Positions 60,436-64,000 of a stretch of 64,000 bases of DNA are shown piece by piece. Source of the stretch: Utricularia gibba (Eukaryota; Plantae; Magnoliophyta); contig NEEC01000031.1 in NCBI GenBank assembly GCA_002189035.1, positions 124,001-188,000 on the forward strand, written 5' to 3'. The notes below the pieces were generated by a model, which saw only the letters and a program-made list of their open reading frames with translations, was not told the DNA's origin and ran no database searches. Numbering within the stretch: position 1 is the stretch's first letter; each line of letters starts with the position of its first letter. Position numbers and translations under genes: made by a program.

Positions 60436-61086
60436 CTAAACATCTCCGACGAGGAAGGGGTCGACGCTGACGTGGAGCGTCCACACGAGCAGGGCGAGGC
60501 TGAAGAGAAACCCGAGCGAGGAAACTACATGCGCCGCCAAAATCTTGGTGCAGAAGGACACGAAGGTGTCGCAGATGGGACACCATCTCGTCGCTAGGTG
60601 CCCTTCGCTTATCAACTCGAAGGTCTGCCACCCCGCCCCCAGACTCCCGCCCACCAAAATATTCACCGCCTCCAAAAGAGCAAGAAAAAGGAGATTCAGT
60701 CTTCGCGATTATTTAAAACGATGAGATGTGTACATCAATTACCACGTCGAAAAGAACGATGGTTCTCCAGAGCAGGCTGCCGGGAGGGATGAACACAACC
60801 GCCAAGTTGTAGATGCATGCAATGCAATTCACCGTCGCGGACAGCCTGTGTGTATGTGTGTGTGCGTGCCTTTTTAGTCAAACAAAGGATAGATATATAC
60901 ATGTATGCAGGCATGCAAGAGTGAAACAAGTGCTCACGCAAAACCCTTCCAATAAAAATACTTCTCGGCGAAAGGCTTCGATTGCACACGAACCGTTTGA
61001 AAGCTCAGGAGTACGACAATGGCGGCCACCAGGAACAGAATGGCTGCTACTCCTCGCAATACGACGCCGCACACCGGCTTTTCCAT
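60436..61086 (-). CDS. CASPL1C: CASP-like protein (CASPL1C-like, MARVEL fold), 3 exons
   Basis: Exon 1, 61086-60938: MEKPVCGVVLRGVAAILFLVAAIVVLLSFQTVRVQSKPFAEKYFYWKGF. Exon 2, 60845-60743: LSATVNCIACIYNLAVVFIPPGSLLWRTIVLFDV. Exon 3, 60669-60436: AVNILVGG...WCPICDTFVSFC...LHVSVDPFLVGDV. Four TM segments and typical CASPL intron positions. Confidence 0.85.
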
Positions 61087-61620
61087 CGAGCCGGCGCCTC
61101 CTCCAACCACAATAACACAAGAAAAGAGGTGTTTTTCTTGGCTTTAAAAATCTATGTATTGTATGTGGCTGGGATCCATTGTAGGAAAGCGTATCCTCTT
61201 CCATTTTTACAATTCGAATCCTTTGTTGACACTGTACGGTTTACGTTCCATTCCATTGTAAGAACACATGTCAAGAGATAGGCATGGAATGTTGCCATAT
61301 TATTGATTTAATTTAATGTTGATATTTTTTCAATTATAATGAAGTTTTAATTTTTTTTACATAGTAATTATTGATGGATAACACTAAGAGAGACTAGAGT
61401 TGTATATTAACCATGGTTAAGTCTGCCCATATTGGAATATATTCGAATTTGGAAAAAATTTCGGATTTTATCCCAAAAAAACGAAATGTTGTGTTTCATT
61501 TTGAAAAAAATTTCGAAATTTAAAACGTTTATTTGAAATTGATTCGAGTTTAGCGATAGAGGATGTGAAGATGCAAATTACTTGTAAAAAATGGCAGCAG
61601 CTCGACGAATGGGTTGGTGG

Positions 61621-62359
61621 TCAGTGGGCGGCATCTTCTTCCTCGCAGAACTTGGTGTAGTCCTTCGGGTTCAGTAGGGCTTCTAATTCTGCGGCGTTGC
61701 TTGGCTTCACTTTGATCATCCATCCGTCTTCGTATGGGCTTGTGTTGATCTTCAACCCCCACGCACAACACACTTTCAAAATCATTTCTTGGTATGAATT
61801 GGCTATCATTTTAGGTGAATTCTTACCAATCCGGGAGTTTCGGAGAGTTTCGTGTTAACCTCCACGACCTCACCGGAGATCGGGGAGTTGACGTCGCTGG
61901 TGGCTTTTACGCTCTCCACCGCCCCGAAACTTTCGCCCTGGGTGACCGACTTCCCCGGCTCCGGTAGCTCCACGAAAACCACTTCTCCCAGATGATCCTA
62001 CCAGATCCGTTGGTTACGTGTTTTTGGGTTTCAGTTCGATATAATGACAGGGATTTTGAAGGGAAAAAAGAAGATGCGAAACCTGGGCATGGTCCGTGAT
62101 TCCGATGGAGGCAACAGGGCCATCGTGCTTCACCCATTCATGGGATTTGGCGTATTTCAGTCCCTCGAGAACTACAACAGAAGCCCAACAAGGAAAAAAT
62201 TTATCTTGAAGTCTTGAACAATTAGCGTTTGAAAGATCTGCAGTGGCGTTTACCGGTTGAGAAGCATCTGGAGAGTGAAAATGCGGAGGAAACTGATGCT
62301 GACTTCGCTGAAATCTTGAGTGGATTTGCTGCGGAGGAAGCCCAAATTCTGAGTGCCAT
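61621..62359 (-). CDS. GDCH: Glycine cleavage system H protein, mitochondrial, 4 exons
   Basis: [17 protein letters not shown]...RCFST|[15 protein letters not shown]...HAQ|[12 protein letters not shown]...[12 protein letters not shown] (lipoyl Lys)...|[17 protein letters not shown]...[10 protein letters not shown]. Confidence 0.96.
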
Positions 62360-62717
62360 TTTGTATGAATCTCCCAATCTATTGGAAACGTGGGAGATGC
62401 CTTCTTTTTTCAGCACTACGGTGGAATAGCACTGAAAGCCTTTTCTTTCTGGTTGGTTGTGTTGTTATCTCTGATGAATGGTGGAAAATGAATGCCTCAT
62501 CTTTCGACATCATGAGGTTCTTACACCTCACTCCAATTTCGTTCGTGCATCTTTGCAAGTTGTAGCATTTTTAAATGGCCTTTTATCAGTGGCTCTACTG
62601 TGTATTTTTAACTAAGAACATGAGAATGCCCAAATACAGTGAAGATTTGTGTATCTGTACCAAGTATACACAGTTGGAGATTTGATGCAGTTACTTGCAG
62701 TCATATCTCGGTGAGAA

Positions 62718-64000
62718 TCATTGGGTGTTCCAGTAAGAGGTGGGAAACCATTTTGACATCAGAGAATGCTTTGCCTTCATTATCAGCATGAAGATGCCGT
62801 AGCAGGGAATATGCATCAGGGCAACAACTGAGTACCTACAGAAGTTCATCTACTGACTCGTAATGGAACGAAGGAATAACATTATCAAATCAAAAGTGAT
62901 GGAGCTTGCTACCATAAGGGGGAGAATGATGATGAGAGATCAAGGAAAGGGTAAGGCCACCTGATTCAGAGCCGATTTTTTAGTAGGGATTCATCTGATT
63001 TCTATGTTACCAGTGAAATGTCAACAAACATGGCTTACCAAAGTGAGATACAGGCATGGACAATCCATTGAAAGATGACATATACTGAAGTCCAGAGGAA
63101 GAAGTAGCTGATTCTGAACCATGGGAACCTCTGCAAGGATGGGAGACTAAACTCTGTTTTTGTGCTGTTGAAATTTTTTGTGCGTAACAGATCTTTCAAA
63201 AGTACTAACCAAGCAGTTTATGGCAGTATCGCCAAGCAAAAACACCGCGTTGATGAAGTGCATGCTAGCATTCAGCTGATACAGAGATCAAATACAGCTT
63301 CAGAGAAACAGATGGTTTTCTTCTGTACGCCAAAGCTTTGATTCATCAAGACCTTTTGAGGTTTTATGGAAAGGGTATTGTTTGTGACTTACAAAATTCA
63401 GTTTGTAGTCTTTGATGGCAAGAAAGGGAACAATGATGAACCAGAAGACTATATCCGTCAATATAACAGCTCCAGCGTTCATCTTCAAGGCAACAGAAAT
63501 GCAGTCAAATATTAACTAGAGAAAAATTTCAAAATATGTCATTTACCTGGAATATGATCTGAAAGACATAAGACAAGAATCCTGCCTTTTGGTTTTCATG
63601 ATTCATGCCTTCCACCTTCTCTTCGATCTTCGACGATCCAAGGGCTCCATTTTCATGGTCAGAATGCAGGATTTCACTAATTTTATGGACATATTTGTAG
63701 CATCCATAAATGGACAGCAAAGATCCAAGCTGCAGACGCTTAACAGTCAAATTGGAAGGGTGGATTCGGAGTAAATACACTTCTTTTGAATTCTTGATAA
63801 GTATCTTACTGCGAAGTAGATGGTAACCAGTATGAAAGTCCACCTGTTGAGGAACGCAATGAAAGCTTCAGATTGGTTGAAAGATGCAGCGGAAAGGGAA
63901 TGTCATTGTATGATGTGAGGAACCAAGATGGGCCAGGAGTACTCACTGAGTGTAAAAGTAGAAGATGTTTGCTCCATCGAAGCAGACAATCAGTATCAAC
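62718..64000 (-). CDS. Uncharacterised multi-pass membrane protein (rolling stone-like plant family); 5' part lies outside the window
   Basis: Exons: FDGANIFYFYTQ|WTFILVTIYFA|LGSLLSIYGC...IIFQ|MNAGAVILTDIVFWFIIVPFL|LNASMHFINAVFLLGDTAINCL|RFPWFRISYFFLWT...|WPYPFLDLSS...|YSVVALMHIPCYGIF...WFPTSYWNTQ, stop at 62718-62720. Confidence 0.85.

Noticed and set aside
61001-61011. 11-nt match to miR390 (AAGCTCAGGAG)
   Set aside because: It is the antisense strand of CASPL exon 1, with no hairpin.
1-64000. Most remaining ORF-track entries; CRISPR arrays, rRNA, prokaryotic operons
   Set aside because: The short ORFs are antisense or off-frame shadows of spliced genes or microsatellite products. The window is intron-rich plant nuclear DNA with no repeat-spacer array or rRNA sequence.

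Overview
Eukaryotic, not prokaryotic: a very gene-dense flowering-plant (eudicot-like) nuclear region. I could build 23 protein-coding genes by hand (about 1 per 2.8 kb, most introns 70-100 nt). In order: AG peptide, IQD, KOBITO1, USP-domain RLCK, folate-biopterin transporter, OSCA2.5-like channel, GRX-like protein, a nuclear copy of mitochondrial rps1, WIP zinc finger, small Cys/His protein, TL19 (PsbP-like), RER4, NDC1, ANAC057-like, HDG11-like, CNGC20-like, D-cysteine desulfhydrase, DYRKP kinase, JAZ/TIFY, neprosin-like protease, CASPL1C, GDC-H and a partial membrane protein. No rRNA, tRNA, CRISPR array or intact transposon was found. Main observations: (1) an intronless rps1 with no added presequence, apparently transferred from the mitochondrion, with four site II elements upstream; (2) a long stem-loop in the HD-ZIP IV 3'UTR built on the family's conserved motif; (3) a JAZ with a degenerate COI1 degron; (4) four GC-AG introns among roughly 100 introns; (5) three otherwise intact genes (KOB1, NDC1, CNGC20) each broken by one frameshift, most likely assembly indels; (6) GC3 rising toward gene 3' ends. 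Family assignments come from remembered motifs, not database searches. The species is unknown; the compactness resembles miniature genomes such as Lentibulariaceae (inference only).
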